DNA from: Eledone cirrhosa
Taxonomy: Eukaryota
Reading direction: 5' to 3'
NCBI GenBank assembly: GCA_964016885.1
Contig: OZ024743.1
Span: 315,890,001 to 315,954,000 of the forward strand
Length of the DNA stretch: 64,000 nt
The stretch's first letter is position 1. Each line of letters opens with the position of its first letter. Below are positions 1 through 11,266 of this stretch, piece by piece. The notes beneath the pieces were generated by a model. That model searched no databases. It was given only the letters and a program-made list of their open reading frames with translations, and was not told where the DNA came from. Both the position numbers and the translations under genes were made by a program.

Positions 1-22
1 TAATTACCTGAGCTAACTGGAC
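1..22 (-). pseudogene. Partial slot-C tRNA-Ile pseudogene (5' part), cut by the window edge
   Basis: taattacctgagctaactggac matches the slot-C 5' end seen in all units. Confidence 0.7.
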
Positions 23-96
23 AGATATTTAGGTCGCCATGGAGATAAATAATTAACAGAAACTATCAATTATTTATATTATATATATTTGAAGTA

Positions 97-491
97 ATTA
101 AAACAAGCATCCAAAATTGGGTTCCTCCGAAATTCCTTTAGAGTGACGTTACTTGATTGATAGTGTACGTAGCTCGGAGATCAGAGGGTCACAACTGGTA
201 GAGTCAGTACTTCTTCGAATTGAGAGATCACAGCTCCGATAATATGGGCATGTGGTTAGAATGTCTCAAGAAAGAATCACTGGACAGATTTTACAGACAA
301 AACCTACAGACAGCAGAACCAGGAGTAGACCTTGTGCAAGATGGTTGGATGATATCTATGAGTTTGGCTTGTCTCGCTTGGGAATCCAGTTGGAGGCGGT
401 TGGTTCTGACAGGACCCACTGGAAGGTGTGTTGGAGGACTCTACCTTCACGACCCTCTTTGGAATAAATGTGCGAAGAAGAAGATGAAGAG
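97..491 (+). mobile_element. 5'-truncated dead 3' fragment of an RTE-clade non-LTR retrotransposon (Rex3/Expander-like); one copy per unit, from ORF-start minus 123 to ORF-start plus 271
   Basis: Translates QASKIGFLRNSFRVTLLD / (TGAT duplication frameshift) / SVRSSEIRGSQLVESVLLRIERSQLR*YGHVVRMSQERITGQILQTKPTDSRTRSRPCARWLDDI...LSRLGIQLEAVASDRTHW...LPSRP*, matching the RTE ORF C-terminus motif LRWxGHxxRM...RxRGRPxxRWxD...DRxxW as I recall it; followed by GAAGAAGAAGATGAAG tail. Confidence 0.85.
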
Positions 492-713
492 ATATTAGAA
501 GTAGGATACAATAAAGTTTCACTTTAAAATATTTCATTATATTTATCGAACTTTACATGTTTCACAGATGATCGAAAAGCGAACTTAAAGTTTTCAGCCT
601 TGTATAATTCCGTCCGTTAGTTTTTACTGAATATATTCCATCTGTCTTTGTAGGAGGATTAACGCAATGCAAAACATTGTAAATTTAGAAAGAAAAAAGA
701 AATCAGAGTCATT

Positions 714-717
714 AAAA
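714..717 (-). terminator. Pol III terminator (T4) of slot-A tRNA, with a back-up T6 at ~693-698; repeated in each unit
   Basis: Minus strand reads ...GGCCA AATGCAAGTAG TTTT, 11 nt after the discriminator base. Confidence 0.6.
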
Positions 718-728
718 CTACTTGCATT

Positions 729-802
729 TGGCCAGTATGGAGCTCGAACCCACGACATTCGCGTTATTAGCACGACACTCTAACCAACTGAGCTAACTGG
801 CC
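729..802 (-). tRNA. tRNA-Ile-AAT: tRNA-Ile(AAT), slot A
   Basis: GGCCAGTTAGCTCAGTTGGTTAGAGTGTCGTGCTAATAACGCGAATGTCGTGGGTTCGAGCTCCATACTGGCCA; cloverleaf with C25T and C61T. Confidence 0.7.
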
Positions 803-1153
803 TAACGATGCATCTCCATAAAATTACACAATTATTACAATAACTACCACAATAGGGAAAGATAATGAAGTTATGTGAAGTTATTACTATAGATAATAGG
901 GATAAATATAGATTGATAATGTCCCCTAAAGATTAAAGGATTTCCAGGTATTACCTACTTTGGTATACTTATATATAGGTTTACATTTTCTAAAATGTCC
1001 TTTTAATTATGACTACGATCTGGTGTTATTGAGGGTAGACTTGGTTCCTATTTCTATCAGACGGAAAACCATTTTGGATACTATTTACAAAAGAGGTGAA
1101 AAGATCCCACATATAAAAATATTTTTAAAACGTAAAATTTAAGAAAATAGAAT

Positions 1154-1157
1154 AAAA
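1154..1157 (-). terminator. Pol III terminator (T4) of slot-B tRNA; repeated in each unit
   Basis: Minus-strand TTTT 13 nt after the gene end, with a second TTTT ~7 nt further on. Confidence 0.6.
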
Positions 1158-1170
1158 GGAACATTGTTTA

Positions 1171-1244
1171 TGGCCAGTATGGAGCTCGAACCCACGACAT
1201 TCGCGTTATTAGCACGACGCTCTAACCAACTGAGCTAACCGGCC
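1171..1244 (-). tRNA. tRNA-Ile-AAT: tRNA-Ile(AAT), slot B with A-type T arm (C61T)
   Basis: 74-nt cloverleaf, anticodon AAT, T arm TTCGAGCTCC. Confidence 0.75.
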
Positions 1245-1442
1245 TACCTCTTTCGTCGTCTCCAAAATAATGAGCACAAGCCATCAACTATGTACGTGGT
1301 CTGTAGTGTTAGTTAAATTATAATTCTGTATATAACACCTTGTCACCTTGTCACATGTTAACTTTTTTTTATAACATATTTTTCTTGTTGTTTGGAGGAA
1401 ACTGAGAATTCCGTTGGTGGGGTGGAATTGTCTGAAACAGTT

Positions 1443-1517
1443 TGACCCCATTTGGTGTCCGAACCCCAAACCTTTATGTTATTAGCACGATTCTCTAATA
1501 ACCTGAGCTAACTTGAC
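1443..1517 (-). pseudogene. Slot-C degenerate tRNA-Ile(AAT) pseudogene; representative of one copy per unit, starting ~272 bp right of the slot-B start
   Basis: Array consensus on minus: GTCCAGTTAGCTCAGGTAATTAGAGAATCGTGCTAATAACGTAAAGGTTTGGGGTTCGGACACCAAATGGGGTCA; anticodon loop kept, but G18G19, A58, C61 and several stem pairs lost. Confidence 0.85.
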
Positions 1518-2223
1518 AGATATTTAGGTCGCCATGGAGATAAATAATTAACAGAAACTATCAATTATTTATATTATATATATTTGAAGTAATTAAAACA
1601 AGCATCCAAAATTGGGTTCCTCCGAAATTCCTTTAGAGTGACGTTACTTGATTGATAGTGTACGTAGCTCGGAGATCAGAGGGTCACAACTGGTAGAGTC
1701 AGTACTTCTTCGAATTGAGAGATCACAGCTCCGATAATATGGGCATGTGGTTAGAATGTCTCAAGAAAGAATCACTGGACAGATTTTACAGACAAAACCT
1801 ACAGACAGCAGAACCAGGAGTAGACCTTGTGCAAGATGGTTGGATGATATCTATGAGTTTGGCTTGTCTCGCTTGGGAATCCAGTTGGAGGCGGTTGCTT
1901 CTGACAGGACCCACTGGAAGGTGTGTTGGAGGACTCTACCTTCACGACCCTCTTTGGAATAAATGTGCGAAGAAGAAGATGAAGAGATATTAGAAGTAGG
2001 ATACAATAAAGTTTCACTTTAAAATATTTCATTACATTTATCGATCTTTACATGTTTCACAGATTATCGAAAAGCGAACTTAAAGTTTTCAGCCTTGTAT
2101 AATTCCGTCCGTTAGTTTTTACTGAATATATTCCATCTGTCTTTGTAGGAGGATTAACGCAATGCAAAACATTGTAAATTTAGAAAGAAAAAAGAAATCA
2201 GAGTATTTAAAACTAATGGCAAT

Positions 2224-2297
2224 TGTCCAGTATGGGGATCGAACCCACGACATTCGCGTTATTAGCACGACACTGTAACCAACTGAGCTAACAGGCC
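2224..2297 (-). pseudogene. tRNA-Ile(AAT), slot A, multiple stem mismatches
   Basis: B box intact but acceptor- and D-stem substitutions. Confidence 0.6.
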
Positions 2298-2665
2298 TAA
2301 CGATACATCTCCATAAAATTACACAATTATTACAATAACTACCACAATAGGGAAAGATAATGAAGTTATGTGAAGTTATTACTATAGATAATAGGGATAA
2401 ATATAGATTGATAATGTCCCCTAAAGATCAAAGGATTTCCAGGTATTACCTACTTTGGTATACTTATATATAGGTTTACATTTTCTAAAATGTCCTTTTA
2501 ATTATGACTACGATCTGGTGTTATTGAGGGTAGACTTGGTTCCTATTTCTATCAGACGGAAAACCATTTTGGATACTATTTACAAAAGAGGTGAAAAGAT
2601 CCCACATATAAAAATATTTTTAAAACGTAAAATTTAAGAAAATAGAATAAAAGAATCATTGCTTA

Positions 2666-2739
2666 TGGCCAGTATGGGGGTCGAACCCACGACATTCGCG
2701 TTATTAGCACGACGCTCTAACCAACTGAGCTAACCGGCC
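2666..2739 (-). tRNA. tRNA-Ile-AAT: tRNA-Ile(AAT), slot B, canonical
   Basis: GGCCGGTTAGCTCAGTTGGTTAGAGCGTCGTGCTAATAACGCGAATGTCGTGGGTTCGACCCCCATACTGGCCA; all four stems pair, A and B boxes intact, no intron, no encoded CCA. Confidence 0.93.
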
Positions 2740-3718
2740 TACCTCTTTCGTCGTCTCCAAAATAATGAGCACAATCCATCAACTATGTACGTGGTCTGTA
2801 GTGTTAGTTAAATTATAATTCTGTATTTAATACCTGGTCACCTTGTTACATGTTAACTTTCTTTTATAATATATTTTTCTTGTTGTTTGGAGGAAACTGA
2901 GAATTCCGTTGGTGGGGTGGAATTGTCTGAAACAGTTTGACACCATTTGGTGTCCGAACCCCAAACCTTTACGTTATTAGCACGATTCTCTAATTACCTG
3001 AGCTAACTGGACAGATATTTAGGTCGCCATGGAGATAAATAATTAACAGAAACTATCAATTATTTATATTATATATATTTGAAGTAATTAAAACAAGCAT
3101 CCAAAATTGGGTTCCTCCGAAATTCCTTTAGAGTGACGTTACTTGATTGATAGTGTACGTAGCTCGGAGATCAGAGGGTCACAACTGGTAGAGTCAGTAC
3201 TTCTTCGAATTGAGAGATCACAGCTCCGATAATATGGGCATGTGGTTAGAATGTCTCAAGAAAGAATCACTGGACAGATTTTACAGACAAAACCTACAGA
3301 CAGCAGACCCAGGAGTAGACCTTGTGCAAGATGGTTGGATGATATCTATGAGTTTGGCTTGTCTCGCTTGGGAATCCAGTTGGAGGCGGTTGGTTCTGAC
3401 AGGACCCACTGGAAGGTGTGTTGGAGGACTCTACCTTCACGACCCTCTTTGGAATAAATGTGCGAAGAAGAAGATGAAGAGATATTAGAAGTAGGATACA
3501 ATAAAGTTTCACTTTAAAATATTTCATTATATTTATCGAACTTTACATGTTTCACAGATGATCGAAAAGCGAACTTAAAGTTTTCAGCCTTGTATAATTC
3601 CGTCCGTTAGTTTTTACTGAATATATTCCATCTGTCTTTGTAGGAGGATTAACGCAATGCAAAACATTGTAAATTTAGAAAGAAAAAAGAAATCAGAGTA
3701 ATTAAAACTAATAGCATT

Positions 3719-3792
3719 TGGTCAGTATGGAGCTCGAACCCACGACATTCGCGTTATTAGCACGGCACTCTAACCAACTGAGCTAACCGGCC
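3719..3792 (-). tRNA. tRNA-Ile-AAT: tRNA-Ile(AAT), slot A, probable pseudogene
   Basis: C61T plus G70A and T27C. Confidence 0.55.
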
Positions 3793-4160
3793 TAACGACA
3801 CATCTCCATAAAATTACACAATTATTACAATAAATACCACAATAGGGAAAGATAATGAAGTTATGTGAAGATATTACTATAGATAATAGGGATAAATATA
3901 GATTGATAATGTCCCCTAAAGATCAAAGGATTTCCAGGTATTACCTACTTTGGTATACTTATATATAGGTTTACATTTTCTAAAATGTCCTTTTAATTAT
4001 GACTACGATCTGGTGTTATTTAGGGTAGACTTGGTTCCTATTTCTATCAGACGGAAAACCATTTTGGATACTATTTACAAAAGAGGTGAAAAGATCCCAC
4101 ATATTAAAATATTTTTAAAACGTAAAATTTAAGAAAATAGAATAAAAGGAACATTGCTTA

Positions 4161-4234
4161 TGGCCAGTATGGGGCTCGAACCCACGACATTCGCGTTATT
4201 AGCACGACGCTATAACCAACTGAGCTAACCGGCC
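4161..4234 (-). tRNA. tRNA-Ile-AAT: tRNA-Ile(AAT), slot B, G22T variant
   Basis: Cloverleaf with one D-stem mismatch. Confidence 0.75.
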
Positions 4235-5212
4235 TACCTCTTTCGTCGTCTCCAAAATAATGAGCACAAGCCATCAACTATGTACGTGTTCTGTAGTGTT
4301 AGTTAAATTATAATTCTGTATATAACACCTTGTCACCTTGTCACATGTTAACTTTTTTTATAATATATTTTTCTTGTTGTTTGGAGGAAACTGAGAATTC
4401 CGTTGGTGGGGTGGAATTGTCTGAAACCATTTGACCCCATTTGGTGTCCGAACCCCAAACCTTTACGTTATTAGCACGATTCTCTAATTACCTGAGCTAA
4501 CTGGACAGATATTTAGGTCGCCATGGAGATAAATAATTAACAGAAACTATCAATTATTTATATTATATATATTTGAAGTAATTAAAACAAGCATCCAAAA
4601 TTGGGTTCCTCCGAAATTCCTTTAGAGTGGCGTTACTTGATTGATAGTGTACGTAGCTCGGAGATCAGAGGGTCACAACTGGTAGAGTCAGTACTTCTTC
4701 GAATTGAGAGATCACAGCTCCGATAATATGGGCATGTGGTTAGAATGTCTCAAGAAAGAATCACTGGACAGATTTTACAGACAAAACCTACAGACAGCAG
4801 AACCAGGAGTAGACCTTGTGCAAGATGGTTGGATGATATCTATGAGTTTGGCTTGTCTCGCTTGGGAATCCAGTTGGAGGCGGTTGCTTCTGACAGGACC
4901 CACTGGAAGGTGTGTTGGAGGACTCTATCTTCACGACCCTCTTTGGAATAAATGTGCGAAGAAGAAGATGAAGAGATATTAGAAGTAGGATACAATAAAG
5001 TTTCACTTTAAAATATTTCATTACATTTATCGATCTTTACATGTTTCACAGATTATCGAAAAGCGAACTTAAAGTTTTCAGCCTTGTATAATTCCGTCCG
5101 TTAGTTTTTACTGAATATATTCCATCTGTCTTTGTAGGAGGATTAACGCAATGCAAAACATTGTAAATTTAGAAAGAAAAAAGAAATCAGAGTAATTAAA
5201 ACTACTTGCATT

Positions 5213-5286
5213 TGGCCAGTATGGAGCTCGAACCCACGACATTCGCGTTATTAGCACGACACTCTAACCAACTGAGCTAACCGGCC
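5213..5286 (-). tRNA. tRNA-Ile-AAT: tRNA-Ile(AAT), slot A
   Basis: Standard A type (C25T, C61T). Confidence 0.7.
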
Positions 5287-5654
5287 TAACGATACATCTC
5301 CTTAAAATTACACAATTATTACAATAACTACCACAATAGGGAAAGATAATGAAGTTATGTGAAGTTATTACTATGGATAATAGGGATAAATATAGATTGA
5401 TAATGTCCCCTAAAGATCAAAGGATTTCCAGGTATTACCTACTTTGGTATACTTATATATAGGTTTACATTTTCTAAACTGTCCTTTTAATTATGACTAC
5501 GATCTGGTGTTATTGAGGGTAGACTTGGTTCCTATTTCTATCAGACGGAAAACCATTTTGGATACTATTTACAAAAGAGGTGAAAAGATCCCACATATAA
5601 AAATATTTTTAAAACGTAAAATTTTAGAAAATAGAATAAAAGAAACATTGCTTA

Positions 5655-5728
5655 TGGCCAGTATGGGGGTCGAACCCACGACATTCGCGTTATTAGCACG
5701 ACGCTCTAACCAACTGAGCTAACCGGCC
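5655..5728 (-). tRNA. tRNA-Ile-AAT: tRNA-Ile(AAT), slot B
   Basis: Canonical copy. Confidence 0.92.
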
Positions 5729-6707
5729 TACCTCTTTCGTCGTCTCCAAAATAATGAGCACAAGCCATCGACTATGTACGTGGTCTGTAGTGTTAGTTAA
5801 ATTATAATTCTGTATTTAATACCTGGTCACCTTGTCACACGTTAACTTTTTTTTATAATATATTTTTTTTGTTGTTTGGAGGAAACTGAGAATTCCGTTG
5901 GTGGGGTGGAATTGTCTGAAACAGTTTGACCCCATTTGGTGTCCGAACCCCAAACCTTTATGTTATTAGCACGATTCTCTAATAACCTGAGCTAACTGGA
6001 CAGATATTTAGGTCGCCATGGAGATAAATAATTAACAGAAACTATCAATTATTTATATTATATATATTTAAAGTAATTAAAACAAGCATCCAAAATTGGG
6101 TTCCTCCGAAATTCCTTTAGCGTGACGTTACTTGATTGATAGTGTACGTAGCTCGGAGATCAGAGGGTCACAACTGGTAGAGTCAGTACTTCTTCGAATT
6201 GAGAGATCACAGCTCCGATAATATGGGCATGTGGTTAGAATGTCTCAAGAAAGAATCACTGGACAGATTTTACAGACAAAACCTACAGACAGCAGACCCA
6301 GGAGTAGACCTTGTGCAAGATGGTTGGATAATATCTATGAGTTTGGCATGTCTCGCTTGGGAATCCAGTTGGAGGCGGTTGCTTCTGACAGGACCCACTG
6401 GAAGGTGTGTTGGAGGACTCTACCTTCACGACCCTCTTTGGAATAAATGTGCGAAGAAGAAGATGAAGAGATATTAGAAGTAGGATACAATAAAGTTTCA
6501 CTTTAAAATATTTCATTACATTTATCGAACTTTACATGTTTCACAGATGATCGAAAAGCGAACTTAAAGTTTTCAGCCTTGTATAATTCCGTCCGTTAGT
6601 TTTTACTGAATATATTCCATCTGTCTTTGTAGGAGGATTAACGCAATGCAAAACATTGTAAATTTAGAAAGAAAAAAGAAATCAGAGTAATTAAAACTAC
6701 TTGCATT

Positions 6708-6781
6708 TGGCCAGTATGGAGCTCGAACCCACGACATTCGCGTTATTAGCACGACACTCTAACCAACTGAGCTAACCGGCC
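6708..6781 (-). tRNA. tRNA-Ile-AAT: tRNA-Ile(AAT), slot A
   Basis: Standard A type. Confidence 0.7.
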
Positions 6782-7149
6782 TAACGATGCATCTCCATAA
6801 AATTACACAATTATTACAATAACTACCACAATAGGGAAAGATAATGAAGTGATGTGAAGTTATTACTATAGATAATAGGGATAAATATAGATTGATAATG
6901 TCCCCTAAAGATCAAAGGATTTCCAGGTATTACCTACTTTGGTATACTTATATATAGGTTTACATTTTCTAAACTGTCATTTTAATTATGACTACGATCT
7001 GGTGTTATTTAGGGTAGACTTGGTTCCTATTTCTATCAGACGGAAAACCATTTTGGATACTATTTACAAAAGAGGTGAAAAGATCCCACATATAAAAATA
7101 TTTTTAAAACGTAAAATTTTAGAAAATAGAATAAAAGAAACATTGCTTA

Positions 7150-7223
7150 TGGCCAGTATGGGGGTCGAACCCACGACATTCGCGTTATTAGCACGACGCT
7201 CTAACCAACTGAGCTAACCGGCC
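7150..7223 (-). tRNA. tRNA-Ile-AAT: tRNA-Ile(AAT), slot B
   Basis: Canonical copy. Confidence 0.92.
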
Positions 7224-8202
7224 TACCTCTTTCGTCGTCTCCAAAATAATGAGCACAAGCCATCGACTATGTACGTGGTCTGTAGTGTTAGTTAAATTAT
7301 AATTCTGTATTTAATACCTGGTCACCTTGTCACACGTTAACTTTTTTTTATAATATATTTTTTTTGTTGTTTGGAGGAAACTGAGAATTCCGTTGGTGGG
7401 GTGGAATTGTCTGAAACAGTTTGACCCCATTTGGTGTCCGAACCCCAAACCTTTATGTTATTAGCACGATTCTCTAATAACCTGAGCTAACTGGACAGAT
7501 ATTTAGGTCGCCATGGAGATAAATAATTAACAGAAACTATCAATTATTTATATTATATATATTTAAAGTAATTAAAACAAGCATCCAAAATTGGGTTCCT
7601 CCGAAATTCCTTTAGCGTGACGTTACTTGATTGATAGTGTACGTAGCTCGGAGATCAGAGGGTCAAAACTGGTAGAGTCAGTACTTCTTCGAATTGAGAG
7701 ATCACAGCTCCGATAATATGGGCATGTGGTTAGAATGTCTCAAGAAAGTATCACTGGACATATTTTACAGACAAAACCTACAGACAGCAGAACCAGGAGT
7801 AGACCTTGTGCAAGATGGTTGGATGATATCTATGAGTTTGGCTTGTCTCGCTTGGGAATCCAGTTGGAGGCGGTTGCTTCTGACAGGACCCACTGGAAGG
7901 TGTGTTGGAGGACTCTACCTTCCCGACCCTCTTTGGAATAAATGTGCGAAGAAGAAGATGAAGAGATATTAGAAGTAGGATACAATAAAGTTTCACTTTA
8001 AAATATTTCATTACATTTATCGAACTTTACATGTTTCACAGATTATCGAAAAGCGAACTTAAAGTTTTCAGCCTTGTATAATTCCGTCCGTTAGTTTTTA
8101 CTGAATATATTCCATCTGTCTTTGTAGGAGGATTAACGCAATGCAAAACATTGTAAATTTAGAAAGAAAAAAGAAATCAGAGTAATTAAAACTACTTGCA
8201 TT

Positions 8203-8276
8203 TGGCCAGTATGGAGCTCGAACCCACGACATTCGCGTTATTAGCACGACACTCTAACCAACTGAGCTAACCGGCC
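8203..8276 (-). tRNA. tRNA-Ile-AAT: tRNA-Ile(AAT), slot A
   Basis: Standard A type. Confidence 0.7.
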
Positions 8277-8644
8277 TAACGATGCATCTCCATAAAATTA
8301 CACAATTATTACAATAACTACCACAATAGGGAAAGATAATGAAGTTATGTGAAGTTATTACTATAGATAATAGGGATAAATATAGATTGATAATGTCCCC
8401 TAAAGATCAAAGGATTTCCAGGTATTACCTACTTTAGTATACTTATATATAGGTTTACATTTTCTAAACTGTCATTTTAATTATGACTACGATCTGGTGT
8501 TATTGAGGGTAGACTTGGTTCCTATTTCTATCAGACGGAAAACCATTTTGGATACTATTTACAAAAGAGGTGAAAAGATCCCACATATAAAAATATTTTT
8601 AAAACGTAAAATTTTAGAAAATAGAATAAAAGAAACATTGCTTA

Positions 8645-8718
8645 TGGCCAGTATGGGGGTCGAACCCACGACATTCGCGTTATTAGCACGACGCTCTAAC
8701 CAACTGAGCTAACCGGCC
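8645..8718 (-). tRNA. tRNA-Ile-AAT: tRNA-Ile(AAT), slot B
   Basis: Canonical copy. Confidence 0.92.
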
Positions 8719-9697
8719 TACATCTTTCGTAGTCTCCAAAATAATGAGCACAAGCCATCAACTATGTACGTGGTCTGTAGTGTTAGTTAAATTATAATTC
8801 TGTATTTAATACCTGGTCACCTTGTCACACGTTAACTTTTTTTTATAATATATTTTTCTTGTTGTTTGGAGGAAACTGAGAATTCCGTTGGTGGGGTGGA
8901 ATTGTCTGAAACAGTTTGACCCCATTTGGTGTCCGAACCCCAAACCTTTACGTTATTAGCACGATTCTCTAATTACCTGAGCTAACTGGACAGATATTTA
9001 GTTCGCCATGGAGATAAATAATTAACAGAAACTATCAATTATTTATATTATATATATTTGAAGTAATTAAAACAAGCATCCAAAATTGGGTTCCTCCGAA
9101 ATTCCTTTAGAGTGACGTTACTTGATTGATAGTGTACGTAGCTCGGAGATCAGAGGGTCACAACTGGTAGAGTCAGTACTTCTTCTAATTGAGAGATCAC
9201 AGCTCCGATAATATGGGCATGTGGTTAGAATGTCTCAAGAAAGAATCACTGGACAGATTTTACAGACAAAACCTACAGACAGCAGACCCAGGAGTAGACC
9301 TTGTGCAAGATGGTTGGATAATATCTATGAGTTTGGCATGTCTCGCTTGGGAATCCAGTTGGAGGCGGTTGCTTCTGACAGGACCCACTGGAAGGTGTGT
9401 TGGAGGACTCTACCTTCACGACCCTCTTTGGAATAAATGTGCGAAGAAGAAGATGAAGAGATATTAGAAGTAGGATACAATAAAGTTTCACTTTAAAATA
9501 TTTCATTACATTTATCGAACTTTACATGTTTCACAGATGATCGAAAAGCGAACTTAAAGTTTTCAGCCTTGTATAATTCCGTCCGTTAGTTTTTACTGAA
9601 TATATTCCATCTGTCTTTGTAGGAGGATTAACGCAATGCAAAACATTGTAAATTTAGAAAGAAAAAAGAAATCAGAGTAATTAAAACTACTTGCATT

Positions 9698-9771
9698 TGG
9701 CCAGTATGGAGCTCGAACCCACGACATTCGCGTTATTAGCACGACACTCTAACCAACTGAGCTAACCGGCC
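9698..9771 (-). tRNA. tRNA-Ile-AAT: tRNA-Ile(AAT), slot A
   Basis: Standard A type. Confidence 0.7.
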
Positions 9772-10139
9772 TAACGATGCATCTCCATAAAATTACACAA
9801 TTATTACAATAACTACCACAATAGGGAAAGATAATGAAGTGATGTGAAGTTATTACTATAGATAATAGGGATAAATATAGATTGATAATGTCCCCTAAAG
9901 ATCAAAGGATTTCCAGGTATTACCTACTTTGGTATACTTATATATAGGTTTACATTTTCTAAACTGTCATTTTAATTATGACTACGATCTGGTGTTATTT
10001 AGGGTAGACTTGGTTCCTATTTCTATCAGACGGAAAACCATTTTGGATACTATTTACAAAAGAGGTGAAAAGATCCCACATATAAAAATATTTTTAAAAC
10101 GTAAAATTTTAGAAAATAGAATAAAAGAAACATTGCTTA

Positions 10140-10213
10140 TGGCCAGTATGGGGGTCGAACCCACGACATTCGCGTTATTAGCACGACGCTCTAACCAACT
10201 GAGCTAACCGGCC
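10140..10213 (-). tRNA. tRNA-Ile-AAT: tRNA-Ile(AAT), slot B
   Basis: Canonical copy. Confidence 0.92.
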
Positions 10214-11192
10214 TACCTCTTTCGTCGTCTCCAAAATAATGAGCACAAGCCATCAACTATGTACGTGGTCTGTAGTGTTAGTTAAATTATAATTCTGTAT
10301 TTAATACCTGGTCACCTTGTCACACGTTAACTTTTTTTTATAATATATTTTTCTTGTTGTTTGGAGGAAACTGAGAATTCCGTTGGTGGGGTGGAATTGT
10401 CAGAAAAAGTTTGACCCCATTTGGTGTCCGAACCCCAAACCTTTACGTTATTAGCACGATTCTCTAATTACCTGAGCTAACTGGACAGATATTTAGGTCG
10501 CCATGGAGATAAATAATTAACAGAAACTATCAATTATTTATATTATATATATTTGAAGTAATTAAAACAAGCATCCAAAATTGGGTTCCTCCGAAATTCC
10601 TTTAGAGTGAGGTTACTTGATTGATAGTGTACGTAGCTCGGAGATCAGAGGGTCACAACTGGTAGAGTCAGTACTTCTTCGAATTGAGAGATCACAGCTC
10701 CGATAATATGGGCATGTGGTTAGAATGTCTCAAGAAAGAATCACTGGACATATTTTACAGACAAAACCTACAGACAGCAGAACCAGGAGTAGACCTTGTG
10801 CAAGATGGTTGGATGATATCTATGAGTTTGGCTTGTCTCGCTTGGGAATCCAGTTGGAGGCGGTTGCTTCTGACAGGACCCACTGGAAGGTGTGTTGGAG
10901 GACTCTACCTTCCCGACCCTCTTTGGAATAAATGTGCGAAGAAGAAGATGAAGAGATATTAGAAGTAGGATACAATAAAGTTTCACTTTAAAATATTTCA
11001 TTACATTTATCGAACTTTACATGTTTCACAGATGATCAAAAAGCGAACTTAAAGTTTTCAGCCTTGTATAATTCCGTCCGTTAGTTTTTACTGAATATAT
11101 TCCATCTGTCTTTGTAGGAGGATTAACGCAATGCAAAACATTGTAAATTTAGAAAGAAAAAAGAAATCAGAGTAATTAAAACTACTTGCATT

Positions 11193-11266
11193 TGACCAGT
11201 ATGGAGCTCGAACCCACGACATTCGCGTTATTAGCACGACATTCTAACCAACTGAGCTAACCGGTA
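11193..11266 (-). pseudogene. tRNA-Ile(AAT), slot A, damaged
   Basis: C61T plus altered positions 1, 2, 71 and D stem. Confidence 0.6.

Noticed and set aside
23-96. tRNA-targeted retrotransposition (as for Dictyostelium TRE5 or yeast Ty3), since the LINE lies ~75 bp upstream of slot C
   Set aside because: All 42 copies share junctions and lesions, so they are one event; RTE elements are not known to target tRNA genes
252-467. 71-aa ORF MVRMSQER... as a functional gene
   Set aside because: It is the real RTE frame but only the C-terminal remnant, downstream of an in-frame stop and a frameshift, with no RT or endonuclease domain
220-498. Repeated 92-aa ORF MRDHSSDNMG... and the 77-aa antisense ORF MKYFKVKL...
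   Set aside because: Alternative frames of the LINE fragment; the 92-aa ORF starts at TTG and is broken in some units; no recognisable domain
492-728. Pol III read-through from tRNA A making antisense LINE RNA (a silencing system)
   Set aside because: T4, T6 and further T4 runs lie on the minus strand between the gene and the LINE; nothing in the sequence supports read-through (small-RNA data could still test it)
729-1517. CRISPR-like or prophage att-site reading of the recurring 74-bp repeats
   Set aside because: The repeats are eukaryotic-type tRNA genes, the spacers are identical between units and hundreds of bp long, and no cas or integrase genes are present
5444-5722. 92-aa ORF ending MASMGVEPTTFALLARRSNQLS
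   Set aside because: The C-terminus is the antisense translation of tRNA-Ile; TTG start; polymorphic stops across units
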